A stretch of DNA of 32,000 nucleotides from Pelotomaculum isophthalicicum JI (GTDB lineage Bacteria > Bacillota > Desulfotomaculia > Desulfotomaculales > Pelotomaculaceae). Where the stretch lies: positions 3,332 through 35,331 of the forward strand of contig NZ_JAKOAV010000015.1 in NCBI RefSeq assembly GCF_029478095.1. The letters run 5' to 3'. Position numbers and translations under genes: made by a program. The notes under the pieces are model-generated. The model was not told the DNA's origin. It was given only the letters and a program-made list of their open reading frames with translations, and searched no databases. Shown here piece after piece: positions 24,332 through 32,000 of the stretch (position 1 is the first letter of the stretch; each line of letters opens with the position of its first letter).

Positions 24332-27300
24332 TTACCCTACTTTTCTTTGAATTTTATCTAACAATTTTGATTCCGGGAAAAAACTTATTAGTATTGCAAG
24401 ATCGTCTTCGGTAAGCTCCTCATATTTCCTTAAGTTGCGAAATACGGCGCCAACCTTTAAATCTTTCATCCAGGCTGCAAATTTATTTTTAATTACTTGC
24501 GATGTAACGGTAATAAAACATCTAAGTAATGTCACCCCAAGATCGTACTGTTCTTCTTTTGAAGTAAACAATTTATTTATATCCTCTTTGGTTTCAAAAA
24601 TTGTCCTTGCGGTCTCAGGAATTTCTTGAAGCTTAAAAACTTCTGGCAAAACTGAAATAAAGAAATCATTTCCCAGTTCTTGAGAAGTCCGACTAATAAG
24701 TAACCAGATACGTTTTCGTTGTTCGTCATTTAACTCAATATCGGTTACAGATTTTTTAAGTAAATCGGCTTTGTGCATTTTTTGCAAATCAAGCCATATT
24801 TGCAGACATAGATCAGGCTCCTGCTCCGTCCCCTTAGGCGTTTTACCCAAAATAAATTTTGTTGTGGCAACCCTTTGCTCATCGTTCAATATACCTACTA
24901 TATGGGACCAAGCTTTTTTAAGTTGGTCGATTTCTTCTTTCTCTTGTATATTGATCTGATCCATAAGTTCCGATATTCGCGACGGGCTGGGGGCTTGCCT
25001 GAACGCCAGAAAGGTATTGAGAGAATGAAACTGGTGATATGGCCACAGTATACAGGCCGTCTCAATTACATGTGCAATATTTTCCTCACCAACAATACCT
25101 CTCTGTACCATTTCCCGCATTGAATATATAATTCCATAAGAAGCTTCATTGTTTGGGTACTGAGCAGCAAACGTTTGAGCATCATTGAAAAGCTGCTGTG
25201 GGTTATATGGACTCAATTCAGCCTGTTGCATGGGCCAATATTTAGCCATTTGTTCGTGAAGCCAACCAAATAATGCTGGATTATTTCTTGCATTTATAAA
25301 TAATCCATGTAACATGGATCCTGCTTGAGGTAGCGGGCCATATTTGATAAGCCGTGGAAATACAGGAAAAACTATATGTAGATAATCAGTATTATTCAAT
25401 AAACGTGCTGTCTGTGAAAACATATTCTGTAAGTGAGATTGAATAGTTCCATACTTTATAGCTTCCTCCGGCAATTGGCTCATGAAACGTTGATAATGTT
25501 GTCCTCTTTCCTCTGTTACACTATTTGGCTGAGACATTTCCTGTAGATATGAAGTTACCTGATTGCGCTGTTCATCATTAAGACCACTAATAAAATTGTT
25601 GCCGAGCCAATTAATGCAGGGTTCAGGAAGATCCAACAATATACGTCCGGACCAGTTAGCTATGATTTCTCCTGTAAGCGTTTTATTAATGTTTTGTAAT
25701 GTACTTACTAAACAGGTTGAGAAAGCTGAAGTTTCAACCACATTGCTCCAGCTAATTGCAAGAGCTACGAGAGCTTGTTGGGCCTCATTACCGATATCAT
25801 TTATTCGCCCCTCAACAATATTCAGCAGAGCCAATGCTCCGTCTTCCCAATCAAGACCCCAGTTTTTATCATCCTCCATATCTTTATTAAGACGATTAGC
25901 AAAACTCATGATAAATGAGGTGAGAGCATTAGAATCAGGCTCTTTTTGATATCGTCTCATTAATTCCCAGGCAAGAGCAACCGCTTCCTTCATCTTAACC
26001 GCCACATACCTGGTCAACAAATCCCATAGCTCTATCCGGCTCTCCTCACCTGCATCCCATAAGCTTTGAAAAACGCTACGACTTCTTCCCATTACAACAT
26101 CTGTTTTAAGTTCTTGAGTCTGTTCACTTTCCATCTGGGCAGCGAGTAATTTTGTATAGCGGCCCCCGAGGGCACTTAATAAATGTTCTTGGTTTTCATC
26201 CATCCATGTTTCTAATTCGCTGAAAGGAAATATATATTCTTTACTTCTAATTGCAACACGTCTTATTTCGAGCCAACTTAAAAATGCACTGTCAGATTGT
26301 TCGTCCAGGCCGTTTCGCTTTCTCACCCATAAAACTAAAAGACAGGCCTGGCGTGCCATTTCGACAGCTTCGTCGTAAGAAGGAGGCTGTCCACTTTCCA
26401 AGCGAAAAGTAATATCCCCTTCAGTTCTTAGTAAATCTTCAATCAACCTTCCAGCTATATCTTTTTGTTCCTCAGCTGTGATAAATGGTAATATGTCTTG
26501 TATTTTTTCAATACCGAGCCGCCATCTCAATTCAGGTGAAATCGTTAGCCGGCGCGCAAGCGGACTTAAAAGCATATGTGCTTGTTCTTTGGGGAAACGA
26601 TTAGACAAGACCGCTATGACTGCCGCGGCATGATTTTGCCTGACATCTGTTTCATGATGTAGTTCTTCCTCTAATTCACGGAGCAACCGCATGTCTTCAC
26701 TTGTTAGAGGTCTGGAGTCTTTATCTCGGCCTAATTCTACGAGAACCCCCTGGTAGTCACCTGAGACGAAGGCATCATTAATACGCTGAGCTCCATCACC
26801 ATATTTTCTTGTCACGGGGTCTTGTGAAAGAAGTAAAAGTGGTAGTAGGGTGGATGGCCACCGAAGACCTTGAAGGCTGGCAATATACTGACGTAGAGGG
26901 CGATAATCAGTTTTAAGTTCATTACTCTGGTGATCAAAATATTTATACAAAAGATGTTTGGCTGATTCCGGCTGTTCTTCAATAGGTAAGCTGCGTATAA
27001 AAACATCCGTAAATCTATTGATAAGATTAGGCTCTTGCTGGAGATCGCTGTAAAAATCGGGGAAATCTACACGCAGAGCACAAAGCGCTGCAAGTGAAAA
27101 CGGATGATTGGTTACTGCACCTTCCTGTAGACCACCAGGGCGTTCTGTTCCTGCACCATCGCGCTCACGTTGTCGTGCCAACCACCAGGACTGTACAAAA
27201 GCATTTACAATTTGCAAGGCATTTCGCGGACTTTGTACACCCGGGTGAATCATTCTGTCAATAATATTTTCGAGAGGCACACCCCTATCTTTAAAATCTT

Positions 27301-28390
27301 GAACTATCTCAGGTAATTCACTAATTCTTTTCATCGCATAATCGCGCATATCTCGCTTGGGGAATTGAGGAATCTCAAGACGATACTGAAAAATACGATC
27401 AAGGAAACGACGTGCATCACTGCGGCTAAATCCGGTATTCAAAAGGCCTGATATATTGACATGCTGTCGGCGATTGGCTAAAGCGTTTGCCACCCTCTCT
27501 TCGTCGCAGGAAATAACAAAAACAATTCCCAATCCATCCGGCATCTGATTTTTTGGGATTTCCATAAAAGCCCTAACCGCATCTAAACCACTAACCATTT
27601 CTTCCGCAGAGAGTCGATCAAGGTCATCTATAAAAACTACAAGTCGCTCACATTTCTTGCCTTCTTTTAGGATTGTCCCGCCGGCTTTGTATTTAATTAG
27701 CTGCTTAATTAAAAGATCTTCATATTCTTCATTAGTTGTGCTAGGTGGTTCTATTCTAGTTATATTAGAAGATCGGGGAATTAAAAAATGCTTTAGATCA
27801 AAGGTAAATTTAATTATAGGAACCCCACATGCAAATAAAATAACTGATATAAAGCCTTTTACCCAGTCATTTGATATTTGAAGTTTACTTAGGATTAAAT
27901 ATAATGATATTAAGATAATTAAATATGTAAACGTTATTATTATTAATTGTGGCAAACTCCAAATCCATTTTTCAAAAACATCACGGAGAATATCTTTCCA
28001 TTTTCTTTTTTCAGTTAAGGTTTTTTCAATCTGATGAAATAGGGCATCCTTTAGTTGTAATTCATCTCCACCGATATTAAGAAAAACGTTCCTTAATAAA
28101 GCACGCTTGATATCTTCTCCACCGCATCGCCAAGCATTAAAAGTAATTGTGTGAATCTTCTCAACTCTTTTTGAATCATCCTTTAAAGAGGATAAATAAA
28201 GTGATTTAATTGAACTCTTACCGGTACCCCATTTTCCCAACAAGCCAATGCTATAAGGTGGTTCATTCTTGGAGTTTTCAATAAGACCTTCTAGTGCCTT
28301 TGCAAAATGTCTGTGACCAAAAGCATCAAATTCTACGGAGCTAATTTCCCGATCAAGCAAACAAGGCATTAGTTTTTTTTCTTCAGCCAT
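24332..28390 (-). CDS. KAP-family P-loop NTPase with intra-domain transmembrane hairpin and a C-terminal region of about 900 aa and unknown function
   Basis: 1352 aa. Walker A is IGLLGKWGTGKSSIKSL. Two TM helices (LPQLIIITFTYLIILISLYLIL and GFISVILFACGVPIIKF) are inserted before the Walker B VVFIDDLDRL, which is the defining KAP architecture. ATG with SD AAAGGGGA. Confidence 0.85.
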   Translation of the reverse strand: MAEEKKLMPCLLDREISSVEFDAFGHRHFAKALEGLIENSKNEPPYSIGLLGKWGTGKSSIKSLYLSSLKDDSKRVEKIHTITFNAWRCGGEDIKRALLRNVFLNIGGDELQLKDALFHQIEKTLTEKRKWKDILRDVFEKWIWSLPQLIIITFTYLIILISLYLILSKLQISNDWVKGFISVILFACGVPIIKFTFDLKHFLIPRSSNITRIEPPSTTNEEYEDLLIKQLIKYKAGGTILKEGKKCERLVVFIDDLDRLSAEEMVSGLDAVRAFMEIPKNQMPDGLGIVFVISCDEERVANALANRRQHVNISGLLNTGFSRSDARRFLDRIFQYRLEIPQFPKRDMRDYAMKRISELPEIVQDFKDRGVPLENIIDRMIHPGVQSPRNALQIVNAFVQSWWLARQRERDGAGTERPGGLQEGAVTNHPFSLAALCALRVDFPDFYSDLQQEPNLINRFTDVFIRSLPIEEQPESAKHLLYKYFDHQSNELKTDYRPLRQYIASLQGLRWPSTLLPLLLLSQDPVTRKYGDGAQRINDAFVSGDYQGVLVELGRDKDSRPLTSEDMRLLRELEEELHHETDVRQNHAAAVIAVLSNRFPKEQAHMLLSPLARRLTISPELRWRLGIEKIQDILPFITAEEQKDIAGRLIEDLLRTEGDITFRLESGQPPSYDEAVEMARQACLLVLWVRKRNGLDEQSDSAFLSWLEIRRVAIRSKEYIFPFSELETWMDENQEHLLSALGGRYTKLLAAQMESEQTQELKTDVVMGRSRSVFQSLWDAGEESRIELWDLLTRYVAVKMKEAVALAWELMRRYQKEPDSNALTSFIMSFANRLNKDMEDDKNWGLDWEDGALALLNIVEGRINDIGNEAQQALVALAISWSNVVETSAFSTCLVSTLQNINKTLTGEIIANWSGRILLDLPEPCINWLGNNFISGLNDEQRNQVTSYLQEMSQPNSVTEERGQHYQRFMSQLPEEAIKYGTIQSHLQNMFSQTARLLNNTDYLHIVFPVFPRLIKYGPLPQAGSMLHGLFINARNNPALFGWLHEQMAKYWPMQQAELSPYNPQQLFNDAQTFAAQYPNNEASYGIIYSMREMVQRGIVGEENIAHVIETACILWPYHQFHSLNTFLAFRQAPSPSRISELMDQINIQEKEEIDQLKKAWSHIVGILNDEQRVATTKFILGKTPKGTEQEPDLCLQIWLDLQKMHKADLLKKSVTDIELNDEQRKRIWLLISRTSQELGNDFFISVLPEVFKLQEIPETARTIFETKEDINKLFTSKEEQYDLGVTLLRCFITVTSQVIKNKFAAWMKDLKVGAVFRNLRKYEELTEDDLAILISFFPESKLLDKIQRKVG

Positions 28391-28412
28391 ATTGGTCCCC
28401 TTTCAACCAATT

Positions 28413-28441
28413 TTCATAAAACACTATTTTGTTATTTTCAA
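28413..28441 (-). promoter_or_regulatory. Candidate sigma-70-type promoter of the KAP NTPase gene
   Basis: Minus strand reads TTGAAA-17 nt-TATGAA, ending 22 nt upstream of the ATG at 28390. Confidence 0.3.
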
Positions 28442-28747
28442 CATAAAAAAACAAATTCCTCCAGACATCAAAACTATAAGTAAAACTACTATGCTTCACA
28501 GATAAAGTTATTTTTTAAATATCATAAATAACTTCATTTACCCTTAGTCAAATAAAAAAGACTTTTCAAAGAGGACGTCACATACTGCCCGGCCAAAAAT
28601 CTCGCTGCAAGCTGGTAGATGACATCATACAGGAAGTGGGTGCTTAGCCCACTCTTGAAAAAGCTCTGGGCATAATATATAATTAATTAGCCATTGTTTT
28701 CCTTGTACAATTTCCGAAAGTTTTGCCGCAGTATTTTTTGAACGTCC

Positions 28748-28962
28748 TTACTCATTGGCATACTGCTCGATTTTTGTTCGCAGCTCGCCAAGATTTATAT
28801 CCGCAGAAGCACCGATAATCCAGCTATCCTGGAGTTCACCAATAACTTCAATACCGAATATTCGTAACCCGTCTGGATCAGTGCGACAGGATCGATTTGG
28901 AGATAGAGTGGTATGGCCTGAGGGAGTTCTGGTAATTTTTCCTCATAACACCCGCTTATCAT
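28748..28962 (-). pseudogene. Possible frameshifted gene remnant downstream of tnsD
   Basis: Own translation. ATG at 28962 gives MISGCYEEKLPELPQAIPLYLQIDPVALIQTGYEY... A second frame reads ..DPDGLRIFGIEVIGELQDSWIIGASADINLGELRTKIEQYANE* and ends at 28748. Both read like protein, but neither frame is intact. No family recognised. Confidence 0.2.
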
Positions 28963-29018
28963 TAAAAGAGTTTATCAAAAAAGAGACTATAATGTAGGCT
29001 CCCACTTTTCACGATAGT

Positions 29019-30890
29019 TCATAAATTTTCTATTTCCTTCTGAATCTGCTGTTCTATTTTTTCAGAATACCCCGGTCGAAGCCCCGCCTCGCGGACGATT
29101 TTCCACGTTCGCAGCAATTCCCCCTGCTCACGCAATTTTTCTACCGCATATTCTACTCGTCTAACTTGAAAATTCTCCGCCGTTTCAACCACTTCTTGAA
29201 GAATACTCTTGGTTTTCGGCAACTTCTCCAAGTGTTTTTGCAGTAGCGCCAGTTCCCCAACCCGCTTACCTATTGAACTAATAGTCAAACGAACCGGCCT
29301 ACCGGGCACCTGTTTAATCTCCTGCGCTGCCATGGACACCCGTTCCGCCAATTCCTCGTCGCGTTTAACCCAATTCACGCGCCTGTCAGTATATTTCATC
29401 CGGCGTATCGGGGTAGGTGAATGATCATTTAGCCAGTCACGGTCATGCCGATAAAGCCAAGCATATTCTGCTTTTGTCGACCGGCGCAGTTCCGTCTTCG
29501 TTTTGCCAGGATTATGCTCCGCAATCTCCAGCCAACGGGCTCGATATTTATTCAATTCGCTTTGAAAATCCCTCATTGATAAATCATTTATTAACTGGTC
29601 ATTACTTTGGTCTTGTATTTTTTTCAATTGATTTTTTATAGTTTTCGGGTCTACATTAAGTTGCCGTGCAGATTCTCGTAGTCCCTTTTTCTCTACTACC
29701 GCCAGACGAATCAATTCTTTTTCCCAGGTAGGGCCAAATGATTTTATACGCCCAATTTTATATCGGTCTGATTCCTTTTGATCGGGCCCGCATCTTAAAT
29801 AAGTAAACCCGCAACTACATGAAAAGGTGCCAACAGGTAATCCTGTATCATAATCCCGGGTTAAGCTACATTGCTCAATGACAGGCTGACGGTAGTGGTT
29901 TGCTGCCGCATTTAAGCAAGGCCAAGGTCCACGGCCGAAAGGAAGATAACGCTCTTTCCTACCGGTCAAAAATTTCTCCGGCATTACGCCAAGAAACCTC
30001 ATAAAAAGGATGTGACGTATGGGATATGTAGTAATCCTGGGTTCTCGGACCAGCTTACTTAACCAATTGTCCTGATGATCATAATCAACTGCACTATTCA
30101 TTTGTACAAGAAATTCCGGCCCATAAAAACTCTTAAACGATTCAATCAGGTCTCGCTGTCTTACCCTGCCTGTATATGTTGCCAGGTCTATCTTTTGCAA
30201 GTGGTTGATATATCGATTTCGAAGTTCTGCCAAACCGAGTATCGGGGCTTCATTATTGAGTAGCCAATGAACCGCCTCGGCAACCGCCAGGTAGTGCGAG
30301 AAATCATTTTCTGGGTTAAACGACTTTAATTGCTCTTGTTTATAGTTTTTGATTAAGGGTTGAAAGACATGTTTGTTTTGCTGGGCTGAAACCGCGACAT
30401 CGCTTTCGGTTAACCAGATTTTATGATCAGGACAGATCTGAACGCCAAATACCTGGTGGATCCGGTGCCAATATGGTTCACCGTATTGTTCCTCATCGGC
30501 CTGCATGCACTCATGGCAATAACGGAGAAACCTTGGAGAAGTAATGCTGCTGGCCATGATACCAATCATCGTATGGATCTGCCCCCCATTTGAACCTTTC
30601 ATCGCTTGAATTATCTTGTTAGCCCTTTCTTTTGGCAAAAATGGTCTAAATAATGGAAACAAAGAGTGCCGATTGATCACAAGTTCCGGCGTAATCAGAG
30701 AGCCATGAGGTAAACGTTTATACAATGCCTCCAGACGATTCGGCAGATCCATCACCGCACAGGCCGTTTTGCAGCCGAAAAGGTCCATCATCGTATCCTT
30801 TAAGCTCATATTTCTGCTCCACATGTGATACCTGGCGAAGACGCTATAAAGGATTTCATCTGGATAAGGCGTCGGGAAAAACGGTAACAT
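29019..30890 (-). CDS. tnsD: TnsD/TniQ-family transposition target-selection protein
   Basis: 623 aa. The N-terminus MLPFFPTPYPDEILYSVFARYHMWS is the typical TniQ-domain opening. Cys/His clusters (CHECMQADEEQYGEPYWHRIHQVFGVQICPDH). HTH-like segment ESARQLNVDPKTIKNQLKK. It starts 15 bp after the tnsC stop with SD GGGGGGAAG. Confidence 0.8.
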   Translation of the reverse strand: MLPFFPTPYPDEILYSVFARYHMWSRNMSLKDTMMDLFGCKTACAVMDLPNRLEALYKRLPHGSLITPELVINRHSLFPLFRPFLPKERANKIIQAMKGSNGGQIHTMIGIMASSITSPRFLRYCHECMQADEEQYGEPYWHRIHQVFGVQICPDHKIWLTESDVAVSAQQNKHVFQPLIKNYKQEQLKSFNPENDFSHYLAVAEAVHWLLNNEAPILGLAELRNRYINHLQKIDLATYTGRVRQRDLIESFKSFYGPEFLVQMNSAVDYDHQDNWLSKLVREPRITTYPIRHILFMRFLGVMPEKFLTGRKERYLPFGRGPWPCLNAAANHYRQPVIEQCSLTRDYDTGLPVGTFSCSCGFTYLRCGPDQKESDRYKIGRIKSFGPTWEKELIRLAVVEKKGLRESARQLNVDPKTIKNQLKKIQDQSNDQLINDLSMRDFQSELNKYRARWLEIAEHNPGKTKTELRRSTKAEYAWLYRHDRDWLNDHSPTPIRRMKYTDRRVNWVKRDEELAERVSMAAQEIKQVPGRPVRLTISSIGKRVGELALLQKHLEKLPKTKSILQEVVETAENFQVRRVEYAVEKLREQGELLRTWKIVREAGLRPGYSEKIEQQIQKEIENL

Positions 30891-30905
30891 GACTTCACTT
30901 CCCCC

Positions 30906-32000
30906 CTACCTGGCCAGGAACTCACTTGCTGGCTTGATCATGCCAGCATCCTTTAGTGCTTGATAAGCAGGGATGCCTTTCTTTTTACTTTTCTCCACAA
31001 TTTCTCGCAGGTCGCCTGATAAAGAGACTACCTTATCTTTCCGCTTACGGCGGTTCGGTTCTTGCTTAGATTCTTCTTTTTCCGAGCTTTCATCTTCCTG
31101 GCTCGCTAAATATTTTACGGCAAGTGTAAACGCCTCTTGCATCACCAATTTCAGATTAATTCCTGAACCGTGCCGGTTCAACGCTTTAACGGTACATTCC
31201 CTGGCTGTCTTTGGTTCGATTCCCGCCTCGACCAGCCACCGTGCCACTTGAATAATAAGCGATTCCGCGTCATCATCCATAATATTTTTCTCCGCCTTTT
31301 GCTGATTACGCAAAGTATTCAATGTTCCCTCGATTGTAATGCGGTCTGTAGCGCGGTGGAGATATTCGTCCAGATTGCGAATCGGCGGATAAATATCGCT
31401 GATCTGGCTAAGTTTCTGAATATCTCTCGCTTTAAGGGCATCAAGAATCGGTTTGGCCAATTTAAGACTTTCCCTGGCAACATCCCGGATCAGGCCGGGA
31501 TAAATTCGTTCATCTTCCTGTCCGATTACATGCCATTGGGCTAGCATGTACAACTTGACAGCAATATCCACGATCCCTTGAGATTCTTCATATAACACTT
31601 GTCTTAACGCCGGAGTTAAAGAGGAAGAAACGTTTGTCCACTGGTACTCCCATAAACCATCGATAAAAAAGTCCCAAACATCATCCCGGGCAAGGTTGGC
31701 CCATATCAAATCTCCCTGACCGGCACTTCGCCGGGCTTGGGCAAACTCCCTGGTCATAAAGTGTAGCGCCTTAAATGTACCTACCAGTACAACAGGAACA
31801 CCAATGGTATTCACCATCTGCACAAAAAAATTCAGCATCTTTGCTGCCCCACCGCTTTTTGCTTCATTAAGGCGTTGGATTTCGTCAATTACCAGAACAC
31901 CCAACCCCAAAGCCGCAGCCAAATGGGCCATATTCGGCAAAAGCTCGTCAACAGTACGACGGCTGTTTCCGAATTTTTGATAGTATCGTGTACCAAGGAT
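30906..32000 (-). CDS. tnsC: TnsC/TniB-family AAA+ transposition ATPase (C-terminal ~364 aa; N-terminus beyond the window end)
   Basis: Walker B is GVLVIDEIQRL, followed by VPVVLVGT and sensor-like motifs. The reading frame stays open from the track's TTG at 31940 to base 32000 (ILGTRYYQKFGNSRRTVDELLPNMAHL...), so the gene is truncated by the window. Confidence 0.8.
   Translation of the reverse strand: MLGTRYYQKFGNSRRTVDELLPNMAHLAAALGLGVLVIDEIQRLNEAKSGGAAKMLNFFVQMVNTIGVPVVLVGTFKALHFMTREFAQARRSAGQGDLIWANLARDDVWDFFIDGLWEYQWTNVSSSLTPALRQVLYEESQGIVDIAVKLYMLAQWHVIGQEDERIYPGLIRDVARESLKLAKPILDALKARDIQKLSQISDIYPPIRNLDEYLHRATDRITIEGTLNTLRNQQKAEKNIMDDDAESLIIQVARWLVEAGIEPKTARECTVKALNRHGSGINLKLVMQEAFTLAVKYLASQEDESSEKEESKQEPNRRKRKDKVVSLSGDLREIVEKSKKKGIPAYQALKDAGMIKPASEFLAR

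Larger units (their letters stand above)
12637..32000 (-). mobile_element. Tn7-like transposon, partial (tnsC'-tnsD-cargo-left end); tnsA/tnsB and the right end would lie beyond 32000
   Basis: TnsC-like and TnsD/TniQ-like genes sit at 29-32 kb. All cargo is co-oriented. Terminal repeats lie at 12.64-12.77 kb. GC is lower than in the flanking catabolic cluster. Confidence 0.7.

Noticed and set aside
28701-28712. TTGTACAA string resembling the GTTGTACACTA end repeat, as an internal transposon end
   Set aside because: Only the palindromic TGTACA core is shared. The flanks do not match the repeat consensus, and there is a single occurrence.
12637-32000. CRISPR-associated transposon (CAST)
   Set aside because: There are no cas genes, no CRISPR array and no tracr-like structure between tnsD and the left end. 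The cargo is instead the KAP NTPase and the BREX-like operon.

Overview
All credible genes in this 32-kb window are on the minus strand. Ribosome-binding sites are strong GGAGG-type and many starts are TTG or GTG, which fits a Gram-positive, clostridial-type anaerobe (inference only). No rRNA, tRNA or CRISPR array was found. The window has two very different halves. (A) 1-11.9 kb, roughly 45-55% GC by eye, is a sigma-54-controlled aromatic-acid module. It encodes a UbiD-family (de)carboxylase, a 96-aa protein, a PaaK-like aryl-CoA ligase, a BenE-family transporter, UbiX, an in-operon chemoreceptor and an LpdD-like protein. It also has two diverged paralogous sigma-54 activators, a duplicated terminator plus -24/-12 promoter cassette, a PaaY/gamma-CA-like protein and a truncated amidohydrolase at the left edge. 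(B) 12.2-32 kb, lower GC, is the cargo end of a Tn7-like transposon; tnsC is cut by the window edge, tnsD is complete, and tnsA/tnsB would lie beyond 32 kb. Its putative left end carries three GTTGTACACTA repeats at 12.64-12.77 kb. This end abuts a decayed second Tn7-like element, seen as a frameshifted, truncated tnsA with strong similarity to Tn7 TnsA and three contiguous 20-bp repeats. The cargo is defence-like. One gene encodes a 1352-aa membrane-inserted KAP P-loop NTPase. A tightly overlapping five-gene operon follows: DUF499/BrxC-like ATPase, a 331-aa stand-alone PglZ, a 1326-aa DUF1156-type N6/N4 methyltransferase, a 172-aa TTG-start protein and an SNF2 helicase. The operon resembles BREX type 3 but differs in gene order and composition, and it is the best candidate here for an incompletely described system. 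All family calls rest on motifs read by eye from the translations; no database search was possible.
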